The notes: generated from the sequence alone by a model not told the origin. Counted from the stretch's first letter, positions 6,889 to 15,194 are shown. The stretch is 28,784 nucleotides of DNA from a virus (IMGVR_UViG_3300030372_002240:1-28784), one strand, 5' to 3'. Made by a program: numbers and translations.

Positions 6889-7628
6889 AATTCCATTAGT
6901 AAATTTATAGGTATTTTTCCATTATTCAAAATAACAGCACAGCCAATTGCGGGTTTTTTTCCCGCTTTAGCGTATGCAAAGCTATATTTTGAAAAGTTTA
7001 TTCCTGATCCTATTTGACAGCCAAAGATTCTAAAATTTTGACCTACATAGTGTTCTGTATATGCTTGGGTGTGTAAATGCCCCTGTACAGTATTCATCAT
7101 ATCTGCTCTACATTTTGTTCTAGCTGTACCCCCTTCACCGTGTAAATACTGAACACCGTCCTTAACATATCTTTCTACAAAATTCCAACCTGGCACTTCT
7201 AGCACTTCTTTATAGCTTTTAATCCATTTACTTGGTATAGCTGATGTTTGACTCTTTCTCATCACCATTCGGTCATGGTTGCCAATGATTACAGTTGCTT
7301 TAGGGAACGCTTTGTACCAACGTGATATTCTTTTTATTGCTAGATCTAATTCATCTGATCCTGTCATTAATTCATTACCACCGTATGTCTCGTGATATGA
7401 AGAATAGTGGTTATCAATAATATCACCAATAAACACCACTTCTGTACATTCAAATTCGTCATATTTGGATATACAAAATTCTAGGTATTTATCAAGTGAA
7501 AATGGTTCGTGAAGGTCACCAATAACAAGGACGTTATTAAGACCGTTGCCTTCAGATTGGCGTATATTTTTTATTAAGTCGTGTTCTGACTTTGTTAAGC
7601 GTAACCGATATTCTTTGAGTTGTTTTAT
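6885..7628 (-). CDS. Calcineurin-like metallophosphoesterase; true start upstream of 7439, probably ATA at 7628
   Basis: VLVIGDLHEPF, GDIID, GNHD, HG and GHLH motifs; motif I lies upstream of the first in-frame GTG. Confidence 0.8.
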   Translation of the reverse strand: MKQLKEYRLRLTKSEHDLIKNIRQSEGNGLNNVLVIGDLHEPFSLDKYLEFCISKYDEFECTEVVFIGDIIDNHYSSYHETYGGNELMTGSDELDLAIKRISRWYKAFPKATVIIGNHDRMVMRKSQTSAIPSKWIKSYKEVLEVPGWNFVERYVKDGVQYLHGEGGTARTKCRADMMNTVQGHLHTQAYTEHYVGQNFRIFGCQIGSGINFSKYSFAYAKAGKKPAIGCAVILNNGKIPINLLMEL

Positions 7629-8008
7629 TTCTTTTTAATTTTTTCTATACTTCGTCCTGCAAAATATGCAGAATATACAACCATCATTAGTGTTTGATAG
7701 ACAGGTACATAAATAGGATTCATTTTGAAACTGCCTACGTTACCATCAAAAAAAGATATTATTACAAATATCATAGTTAAAAAAGCTAAAGTTAATGGTC
7801 TAATATTAGCAGGTAACCACCCCGCTTTGCTATCAGCTTCCCACCTTCTCGTAACTTGTTCTTGTGCTTTACTTTCAGCATCAGCTAAAAGTTGTTTAAA
7901 TTTAAGTTTTATTTCCTTCTTTTCTACAGGACTTGTGTGTAAGGTATCAACAATGTTATTAACATCTTTTAACACGCTACCACTTAGTATTTTGCCTATT
8001 ACACTCAT
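7625..8008 (-). CDS. Holin (3TM/GTA-type family)
   Basis: RWEAD....W...NIRPL, hydrophobic helices, YFAGRSIEK; follows endolysin. Confidence 0.8.
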   Translation of the reverse strand: MSVIGKILSGSVLKDVNNIVDTLHTSPVEKKEIKLKFKQLLADAESKAQEQVTRRWEADSKAGWLPANIRPLTLAFLTMIFVIISFFDGNVGSFKMNPIYVPVYQTLMMVVYSAYFAGRSIEKIKKK

Positions 8009-8502
8009 ATACTATTATAATGTTTTTTAGCTCTGTATTTAGTCCTGTTGTTTTCGTCTTTATAAGCAACTAGAACTTGTTTTCTATTTCCTGTTATCTT
8101 CCAACTTATATGAATCCAATCAGGATTGTCACTATCTGTATGTGCTGTAGAACCACCAAATTCTAATATACATTGGTCAAAATCCAACCCTTGACTTATA
8201 ATAGCATTAAAGATTCTCATATTGTCCATACGTCCACGCTTAACAAACTGTAAGTCCACAGCCTCGCATTTAGTGTGCTGAGATTTATTAGAACCACCTA
8301 TTGCTGCGTTGAGACTTTCAGACCTAAAGCCACTTGTAACTCTTAATGGACCAACTGCATTCCTGAGAGGTTGTAAAAGTTCAGCGGCTAAAAGTCTGAG
8401 TTTGTGTATTCCTTCCTTGTCGGGTGTGTTAGAAATACCAAGTCTTGTAGCTGTATTGCTTTTAGTAAGTTCTGCTAATGTGAAATTTTTGCTTATTCTC
8501 AT
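8005..8502 (-). CDS. Endolysin, peptidase M15 family
   Basis: NFTL.EL..S.TA...GI.N.P, VTSGFR, SQH...EAVD, WIHISW zinc-peptidase motifs. Confidence 0.88.
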   Translation of the reverse strand: MRISKNFTLAELTKSNTATRLGISNTPDKEGIHKLRLLAAELLQPLRNAVGPLRVTSGFRSESLNAAIGGSNKSQHTKCEAVDLQFVKRGRMDNMRIFNAIISQGLDFDQCILEFGGSTAHTDSDNPDWIHISWKITGNRKQVLVAYKDENNRTKYRAKKHYNSI

Positions 8503-8891
8503 TATTCAAATTTTGCTAACATCAAATTGTCTATGCTTTTTTGCACGTCCTTTTTTGTTGCGTTTAGTTGAAACATAATGTTTGCCTTAAACCTGTCCTT
8601 TTCTTCGCCACTTTCAAATATAATAACTGTAGGTATACAAGTTACATTATACTTCTTTTGTATGCTTGGAAAACGTCCTATATCAACTCTATACTTTTCA
8701 CAGTCATTCAATTTAGTAATTTCTGCAAATTGATTAGACTCATTCCAACCAACCCAAAACTCTACAGCAACAATATCTTTTGCAATTTTATCTTCAAAGT
8801 TAGACTCAGTAATAAAGTCTTGACCACTAGCTACCCCTATTATAAAAAATAAGATAGTAATTAAGATATAAATTAAATCTGTAAAGCTCAT
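8502..8891 (-). CDS. Exported thioredoxin-fold protein lacking CXXC
   Basis: Signal peptide; ITESNFE...VAVEFWVGWN...RVDI...KYNVTCIPTVIIFESG thioredoxin pattern. Confidence 0.75.
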   Translation of the reverse strand: MSFTDLIYILITILFFIIGVASGQDFITESNFEDKIAKDIVAVEFWVGWNESNQFAEITKLNDCEKYRVDIGRFPSIQKKYNVTCIPTVIIFESGEEKDRFKANIMFQLNATKKDVQKSIDNLMLAKFE

Positions 8892-9169
8892 TGCATTTTA
8901 TCTATTTTATCTCTAAGGTATTTGATGTCCTCTTTTATTTCTGTAACGTCCTCTTGCGTTGTCATTATAGTGGCACGTATCATTTGGTCCTTCATGTCAA
9001 ACTCCAACTTAGTAACTTCAGGTTCAGGTGGCAACGGCAATAGCTTTGCTTCATCTATAGAAGCATTAAGGCTAAACCACATACCTACTAGCGTTGCTAT
9101 TAAAACACCTATACCGCCTAAGGTTTTTAGGCTTATTTCAAACTTAGAATCTTCTGAAAGCTCTTTCAT
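8888..9169 (-). CDS. Single-TM protein with C-terminal coiled coil
   Basis: Hydrophobic GGIGVLIATLVGMWF, Pro-rich linker, heptad pattern VTEIKEDIKYLRDKID. Confidence 0.7.
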   Translation of the reverse strand: MKELSEDSKFEISLKTLGGIGVLIATLVGMWFSLNASIDEAKLLPLPPEPEVTKLEFDMKDQMIRATIMTTQEDVTEIKEDIKYLRDKIDKMQ

Positions 9170-9402
9170 TATTTACAAGATTTATCACATTTTTTACCTG
9201 AAAACTTTTCTACTCCACTAATTCCAAAACACCCCAACACAACCCAAACGAATGAATCATAAACAAATTCATTAATTACTAAGTCTTTTCCAATCCAGCC
9301 TGTAAGTAAATCAGCTATCATTATTATACACATTATTATAAAAGCAACAAAACCGATTATTGCCTTTTCATTCCAATTGTTATCGTCTTTAAATATATTC
9401 AT
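9169..9402 (-). CDS. Two-TM membrane protein (holin-like topology)
   Basis: Two hydrophobic helices, basic C-terminus KKCDKSCK. Confidence 0.7.
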   Translation of the reverse strand: MNIFKDDNNWNEKAIIGFVAFIIMCIIMIADLLTGWIGKDLVINEFVYDSFVWVVLGCFGISGVEKFSGKKCDKSCK

Positions 9403-9545
9403 ATACTATCAATTTTTATTTTATCAGCAAAGGGGACATCTTCGTTTTGATCTAAATCTTCTTTGCAATCGTTATTATGTGAACCGTCACAATTTCCATT
9501 GGGTTCTTTTGTTTTGCCACATATACATTTTTTTTCAAGTTCCAT
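9399..9545 (-). CDS. CDGSH-type iron-sulfur microprotein, 48 aa (not in ORF track)
   Basis: MELEKKCICGKTKEPNGNCDGSHNNDC...; start/stop overlaps with both neighbours. Confidence 0.75.
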   Translation of the reverse strand: MELEKKCICGKTKEPNGNCDGSHNNDCKEDLDQNEDVPFADKIKIDSI

Positions 9546-10096
9546 TAGTTATTTATATATTTAACTTGACCATTTTCTATATATATACTTTCAGGTTTTC
9601 TAATATGTTGACCATTAAGGTTATACATTAAACCTGTATTCTTTGATTTATCTAACACTTCATCAATCCCTGTATTACAAGGCAATCCCGTTACGCAATC
9701 AATATATTCTTGAGTAAATATTTCAATGTATTCTGTTTCTATTATAGTGTCATAAATAATAACATCTACGTATTCAATAACTGTTTCGTAAATGTATTCT
9801 ATTTCATATATGGTGTCACATTCTTGAGGGGGTGGTCCGCATTCTTCAGCTAGTGTCGGTACAGCATCTGCTTCGTCTGATCCATCTACGCAATCGTCCC
9901 AACCATCATTAAGATAAAACAAACCACCTTCACCATTTGGCACACAGCCATTCGGAGCATATTGAGTCCAATTAGCGGGGTCATCACCACAGAAAAATCC
10001 ATTTTGTTCTACGCAATCTAAGCATAGTTGTTGAAAGTCATATCCTTGACCAAACGAAAATGATGTTATAAATAGTAATGTAATTAGTCTGTTCAT
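9545..10096 (-). CDS. Secreted Cys-rich acidic protein with LDL-receptor-class-A-like motif and T9SS-CTD-like tail
   Basis: Signal peptide (..SFSFG/Q), NDGWDDCVDGSDE, tail TGIDE...MYNLNGQHI...IYIENG. Confidence 0.7.
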   Translation of the reverse strand: MNRLITLLFITSFSFGQGYDFQQLCLDCVEQNGFFCGDDPANWTQYAPNGCVPNGEGGLFYLNDGWDDCVDGSDEADAVPTLAEECGPPPQECDTIYEIEYIYETVIEYVDVIIYDTIIETEYIEIFTQEYIDCVTGLPCNTGIDEVLDKSKNTGLMYNLNGQHIRKPESIYIENGQVKYINN

Positions 10097-10098
10097 TG

Positions 10099-11109
10099 TT
10101 AAAATATTAAATAGTTAAATCCAAACTTGCATTCATATATTGGCTTTTCCCAATAGTTTAAATATGTACCCTCTACAAATAAACCTAAGTGCTTAGTAAC
10201 TCTTAGTCCTGCCACAATACCTGCATCAAGGTCTAATCCTGCTCCATCATACTCAAAACTATAGTCACTTAAACCATAGTGTAAAGGAATCAAATTTAGC
10301 CATGTATGAAGCCATGCGTTATTATGGTATTTATAATAAGCCACTCCAATAGCCATAGAAAGCTCATAGACGCTCCCTAAGGCGTTTAATTGCTCCGTGT
10401 TATAGTTTGCTATAGCTTGTCCAAAATAATGCTTGTAAAACTCATCATTTGACGTTGCTATTAATTCACCATTGTTAAACCAGTGCCAATTGCCATTGAC
10501 ATATTGCGTTGAATATCCAAAATCTTCTGCTAGATCGTTGAATGTGTTTTCACCACTTATCCAAAAATCCTCAATAGGTAGTATATGATAAACAGGGTGC
10601 TGACGAACCAAACCACCCACTGTGAAATCAAAGTTGCCTTTTTGTAGTCTATATCTTGTATCAAACGATATAAACTCCATATTACGTCTTTCATCATTTT
10701 TAAGTTGTATTTTAGTTACACATTTGTTCCCAAGGTATCTAAGCCAAAAATCTTGGTTAGTAAACTTGTCACCACGATTACGTATAAATGAATAATTAAA
10801 TAAATACTCCCAACCAATGCTATTACCAATAGTAACATTATCACTAACAGCTTTCTCAGTACCATAGTACCATGTCTTAACTTTATATTCATAATCAAAT
10901 CTTGCTATTTTTCTTAAACCAATGGTGAGGTTATAATCGTATGGATTAACTTTTGTAACATCTTCATACCCTTTGTCTACAGCTATATAGTTTTGGTTCT
11001 CGACCATACTTGTATTCATACTCATAGAAGTATAAAATGTAGCATACTTAAAAAAGTCACCTTGACTGAACCCTAAAAAGGGTAGTAATATTAATAGGTA
11101 TTTTATCAT
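10099..11109 (-). CDS. Putative outer-membrane beta-barrel protein
   Basis: Signal peptide (..LGFS/Q), alternating aromatic/hydrophobic strands, C-terminal KFGFNYLIF. Confidence 0.7.
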   Translation of the reverse strand: MIKYLLILLPFLGFSQGDFFKYATFYTSMSMNTSMVENQNYIAVDKGYEDVTKVNPYDYNLTIGLRKIARFDYEYKVKTWYYGTEKAVSDNVTIGNSIGWEYLFNYSFIRNRGDKFTNQDFWLRYLGNKCVTKIQLKNDERRNMEFISFDTRYRLQKGNFDFTVGGLVRQHPVYHILPIEDFWISGENTFNDLAEDFGYSTQYVNGNWHWFNNGELIATSNDEFYKHYFGQAIANYNTEQLNALGSVYELSMAIGVAYYKYHNNAWLHTWLNLIPLHYGLSDYSFEYDGAGLDLDAGIVAGLRVTKHLGLFVEGTYLNYWEKPIYECKFGFNYLIF

Positions 11110-11636
11110 AATACTTTAGTATAAGCGTAAGTACAATAAACATCACAGCTCCAACCACCATTAAACGCATTATTTGACCACATTTTGAATGATTTATTAA
11201 TTAGCGAACCTGCGTCAACACCCCCGCCTGGCTGGTCACCTGAAAATATATAACTTGCATCAGCACTTTTACCACCCATAAACCTAGAAGCGTAATCCCA
11301 TCGCAGAATGTCATTCGTGTCATCAAAACCGAAATAGATGTTGTTGTTAGAGGATTCTGTATTAGATGCGTAAGTACATAAAACCGTAACACTTATGGGC
11401 ATAACCATATAACCACTCAAAGCACCTACTAAAACTTTTGATGTAGTATTTAACGCCTGTACTTGTGCATTTGGTAGTGAGAATTTATCAGTTTGAATAA
11501 CATATTTGAAATCCATCTTTTTAGATGTACCTTCAGGTGATCCTGTAGTGTCGTTTACGTCCACTACCATTAATAAGTCGCCGCTACCTGCCTGTTGTTC
11601 GAGTGCGGTCTTGTCGGTTAGTCGTTGTCCTGCCAT
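11106..11636 (-). CDS. Putative virion structural protein (fibre/decoration-like)
   Basis: MA..RLTD..AL.....DLLMVVD N-terminus resembling virion appendage proteins; beta-rich body. Confidence 0.5.
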   Translation of the reverse strand: MAGQRLTDKTALEQQAGSGDLLMVVDVNDTTGSPEGTSKKMDFKYVIQTDKFSLPNAQVQALNTTSKVLVGALSGYMVMPISVTVLCTYASNTESSNNNIYFGFDDTNDILRWDYASRFMGGKSADASYIFSGDQPGGGVDAGSLINKSFKMWSNNAFNGGWSCDVYCTYAYTKVL

Positions 11637-11715
11637 TGTTTAATTTTTTAATATAATTTTTTAGCTTTTTAAAGTTTTCTAAGCTACTAGGATATGTCCT
11701 TCTTTTAACAGTCAT
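11584..11715 (-). CDS. Small basic protein, 43 aa (not in ORF track)
   Basis: MTVKRRTYPSSLENFKKLKNYIKKLN...; bridges gap between adaptor and next gene. Confidence 0.5.
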   Translation of the reverse strand: MTVKRRTYPSSLENFKKLKNYIKKLNNGRTTTNRQDRTRTTGR

Positions 11716-12289
11716 ACGTGGTGATATTTGCTCCTTGTAAAAAACTTTTCATTCTATTGCTTAATGGTGCTACATCTAAATTCATTCCTGCATAGTAGTT
11801 ACGTACCGTCGGTGACATTTCGCCTGCATCATTGTTACTAGCATATTCTGGAAACGCTGCACTTCCCTTGTCAGTTAAGTAGTCAATTAATCGTTGTCTA
11901 TAAAACTGAGCTGCATCTGTAGCCGTGTCCATCAAAGGCTTTATATCGTCATACGTAGCACTTGAAGATTGTTCTGTAGCCCCCATAACTACAACTGCAT
12001 TATTTACGAACCTTAGCCTTAAATACGGTGCTAATTGTGCAAACGCAAATTGAACAAGAGCAGGTTGTATGTAAGTTTCAGTTAAAGTCTTATAATCACC
12101 TGTAAGTGTACCACCTTGTATTTTGGTTTTTATTGCTTCATATAGATCAGTACCAAGTACAGGAAGTATATTCATATCCTGTGCCAATAGTATATATGGC
12201 ATTATAAGGTTGTCATCTACCGATTGCCCCAAAGCTGTGTCTTTTTTTAATCTTGTACTGCTTATAAACAGAGTATGTTGTATTGCCAT
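11705..12289 (-). CDS. Head-tail adaptor/connector (DUF6712-like)
   Basis: LFIS...LK......VD...I.P.I..AQD..I.P.LG..LY pattern; immediately after portal. Confidence 0.65.
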   Translation of the reverse strand: MAIQHTLFISSTRLKKDTALGQSVDDNLIMPYILLAQDMNILPVLGTDLYEAIKTKIQGGTLTGDYKTLTETYIQPALVQFAFAQLAPYLRLRFVNNAVVVMGATEQSSSATYDDIKPLMDTATDAAQFYRQRLIDYLTDKGSAAFPEYASNNDAGEMSPTVRNYYAGMNLDVAPLSNRMKSFLQGANITTYDC

Positions 12290-12297
12290 ATTTTAAT

Positions 12298-14451
12298 TTA
12301 TTTTACTCCTGGATAATGTCCTTGATTTGGCATATTCTCAGGTGCTATTACTGCATCTTTAATTCCTCTTGGTCTTGGTGTGTATGATTTAGGTATGCTG
12401 TCAGTCTTTTTATAATCGTTCATACTTTGACCATCTTTTAATTCTGTGCCTTCTTTTAATCTATATAGAATCACCTTCCAAGCGTGTCTGCAATATACGC
12501 CACCTTTAAATTTAAATAAATCGTAAGGCCGTCCCTTGTGTCCTAATTGCTTATTTACTCCTGCTCTACTAGCTGCATCAATATCTTCAATTCTATATAC
12601 AAAACCACCTTTTGATAGTCGCATCATATTCTTACAAAATGTTCTAGTAGATTTGCTTGGTTTTCTACTTTTCTTAATGTACTTAAATCTAACCCTATAA
12701 TATGACTTGTCTAAGTAACTAAACCTGTCCTCTTTGCTAACTATTTCGTCTGCAAATTTATCCTTTATGTCTTTAGGTTCTATAAAGCTATCCGCCCAAT
12801 CACAATAATCCTCTACATAATCTTGCTCATCTACAACTTCCCATTTGTCTAAATCTATTTGTTCGCCTTCTAGTGCATCAAATACATCATCAAATTCATC
12901 ATCAGATAAATCAGCTCTAACACCTTCTATTTCTTTAACTTTTTTTTTTGCCCAAGATTGTCCTGCATCACCACCCCATAAAGCCCAAGCAATTCTTCCT
13001 GCTGACGGGAATCCATCTTCACCTATTTCATAACCTTCTGCTTTTTTATCTACTTCGTGTCTAGCAAAAAAACTGTTCATTCTTTTAATTGTGTCTAAGC
13101 TAAGGTTGTCACCGTTCTTAATATTAGTAGCTCTAGCAACTGCAACTTGAGTGCCACCACGTCCATACTCTCTGCGCCATTCTAATCCTTTTATAGCTTC
13201 GTCAATCATTCCTTGCGTCGGTTTAGTGTCTATGTCTTGTAAGTCCTTAAATTCTTGCTTTAATTGATCTGTATTTATTTCCTCTTTTGTAACACCTTCT
13301 TTTTCTTGTTCTTCTTCTGATTGTGTCTTAGTAACTTCTAAATCAATGAAATCAGCAGGTTTAAGCGACTTAAAGTATAAATCAAGGTTTATGTCATTAA
13401 CTTTAAATATCTTCTCTAAACCCTTTAAAAGCGTGTTTTGGAACGGAATAACCACAGTATTTGTAAATAAACTAAAGGCATCACGTAATTCATCTGCATT
13501 ATTTCCAAGTCCACCACCTTCTGCTCTAATACCAAATAATATTGGTGACGTAACTCTATGTCCTGCCAAGATTTGATTTACAGCTTGTTTTGACATACCT
13601 TCCCAAGCTGACTGTGCATCATTCATTTGGATAGGTTCTATTATAGGTGCTGTTTCTTTTCCGTCATTGAAAGTGATTAGTATTTTACCTGCATTTCCAC
13701 TACCTGCAAATTTAGCGTTTAATTGACGTTCTATAGTACGGCGTTCTTCATCTGTAGGCACACCGTTAGAGAATCCAACGTGCATACTAGGAGTCATACC
13801 GCTAGTTATATTAGATAAATGAAATTGAGCTATTTCTAATTCCATTTGAATCCAATCCGTAGCAGCTACATAATCAGGAGCAAACCCATAAAATAAAGCA
13901 GGGTTTTTATCTCTAATCATTAAGATTTGACTAGCTTGTGTTCTATCGTCAGTATTGAAGGCTGCATAAGCACGTGGTCTGTATTCTTGTTTTTTAACTT
14001 TTGACCAATCAGCACTATAATAATATGTGTCTATTTCACCGTCAATCATTTTACCTGAACGTATATACTGAGCAGGTATATGTTTCATCTTAGCAATCCT
14101 TGACCTGTCTCGTGACCATATAACATTAACGTAACACCCACCAAATAGCTTTAAGTCCATAGCTAGGTCTTTTAGCACATCGTCATCTGAATTGTGTAAT
14201 AATTCTGTTAATCGTAAATATGATTCTTTTGTGTCTGTAGTTTCATCTGCATTTGTAGCAGCTAATCCTTCACCATAAATCATAGCACCTATAGACTTAA
14301 TCAAAGCACCATTAATAGCACTACCTAAGAATAGGTCTAGTAAGTAGTTCGGGTATAGATTATCTTTTCCAAAAGAAATCCAATCATTCTTAGAATCTTC
14401 TATTAAGTGTGGTATGTTGTAATGTGATAATTTTATTAAGTCTAATTTCAT
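12298..14451 (-). CDS. Portal protein fused to two extra C-terminal domains
   Basis: W..FG.DNLYP, DL..FGG, F.GSGNAGK, I..GHRVTSP.LFG portal motifs; then PSAGRIAWALWGG domain and FC..M...KGG.YCRH.W domain. Confidence 0.85.
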   Translation of the reverse strand: MKLDLIKLSHYNIPHLIEDSKNDWISFGKDNLYPNYLLDLFLGSAINGALIKSIGAMIYGEGLAATNADETTDTKESYLRLTELLHNSDDDVLKDLAMDLKLFGGCYVNVIWSRDRSRIAKMKHIPAQYIRSGKMIDGEIDTYYYSADWSKVKKQEYRPRAYAAFNTDDRTQASQILMIRDKNPALFYGFAPDYVAATDWIQMELEIAQFHLSNITSGMTPSMHVGFSNGVPTDEERRTIERQLNAKFAGSGNAGKILITFNDGKETAPIIEPIQMNDAQSAWEGMSKQAVNQILAGHRVTSPILFGIRAEGGGLGNNADELRDAFSLFTNTVVIPFQNTLLKGLEKIFKVNDINLDLYFKSLKPADFIDLEVTKTQSEEEQEKEGVTKEEINTDQLKQEFKDLQDIDTKPTQGMIDEAIKGLEWRREYGRGGTQVAVARATNIKNGDNLSLDTIKRMNSFFARHEVDKKAEGYEIGEDGFPSAGRIAWALWGGDAGQSWAKKKVKEIEGVRADLSDDEFDDVFDALEGEQIDLDKWEVVDEQDYVEDYCDWADSFIEPKDIKDKFADEIVSKEDRFSYLDKSYYRVRFKYIKKSRKPSKSTRTFCKNMMRLSKGGFVYRIEDIDAASRAGVNKQLGHKGRPYDLFKFKGGVYCRHAWKVILYRLKEGTELKDGQSMNDYKKTDSIPKSYTPRPRGIKDAVIAPENMPNQGHYPGVK

Positions 14452-14453
14452 AG

Positions 14454-14882
14454 TTATATTGTTATATAAACGCTTTCAGTATCAGAATCGTTTGTAGTAT
14501 ATTCGTTGTATGTTACAGACCTAGTATTACTTGTACTAGATAAATTCATTAAACCCGTATATACAACACTAAGACCTGAAGGGTCAAGATTTACAGCACT
14601 TGAATTTTCATATATTGTAACATCATAAAAACCTAAAGGGCAATCGGTTGTTCCTAAATGTAACTGACCTACGGATAAGTTCTCGCTAGTTGTTGTAAAG
14701 TATACCACCTCTAAATATCTTTCTTTGTTAGTAGTTACTGTGGAAAGAGGCAAAAAGGTCTTAGATTTGCCTGTTAGTTGACTCGTAAAGGTTATTAATA
14801 AGTTAGTAGAAGTCATTTCATCATAAAGATTAAGACGAAATCTACAAACAGTAACCCCTGTATCTTGTATAGTTTGTATCAT
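14454..14882 (-). CDS. Putative structural protein (head closure-like)
   Basis: 142 aa, beta-rich, directly upstream of portal; function inferred from position. Confidence 0.55.
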   Translation of the reverse strand: MIQTIQDTGVTVCRFRLNLYDEMTSTNLLITFTSQLTGKSKTFLPLSTVTTNKERYLEVVYFTTTSENLSVGQLHLGTTDCPLGFYDVTIYENSSAVNLDPSGLSVVYTGLMNLSSTSNTRSVTYNEYTTNDSDTESVYITI

Positions 14883-14998
14883 ACTTCTTCAAAAAATTCA
14901 TTAAATAATTCTAAAGATATTTCTTTTATTAACTCCATGCGTTCCTGTGTCGGTTCAGGTGTTATATTTCCCCTAAATTCAGGCTTTACTTGAAACAT
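14879..14998 (-). CDS. Hypothetical protein, 39 aa (not in ORF track)
   Basis: MFQVKPEFRGNITPEPTQERMELIKEISLELFNEFFEEV; ATGA overlap downstream. Confidence 0.6.
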   Translation of the reverse strand: MFQVKPEFRGNITPEPTQERMELIKEISLELFNEFFEEV

Positions 14999-15146
14999 CT
15001 TTTTTCTTTTTAGTTTCTTTTACAAATAAAGCATCTCTGACGCTTTCATTAAGTCCTTCAATTTGCTTTTGTGTTAAGTCGTTTAATGGGGTATTGATAC
15101 TATCAATACTTTTACCTTCCCATTCTTTTTTTAATTTCCAAGCCAT
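14979..15146 (-). CDS. Hypothetical protein, 55 aa (not in ORF track)
   Basis: MAWKLKKEWEGKSIDSINTPLNDLTQKQIEGL...; directly after late promoter motif. Confidence 0.7.
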   Translation of the reverse strand: MAWKLKKEWEGKSIDSINTPLNDLTQKQIEGLNESVRDALFVKETKKKKDVSSKA

Positions 15147-15157
15147 AGTAGTTTATT

Positions 15158-15184
15158 ATAAATATAAAAGTTAAGATATTGTTT
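15158..15184 (-). promoter_or_regulatory. Putative late promoter AAACAA-N10-TTTATATTTAT, copy 1
   Basis: Exact motif, 11 nt before ATG 15146, just downstream of a terminator. Confidence 0.75.
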
Positions 15185-15194
15185 TTTAGTGTAC

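Noticed and set aside
10716-10898. Short same-strand alternate-frame ORFs (also 11201-11392 and 21655-21912)
   Set aside because: Nested in longer genes, with no motif or initiation evidence
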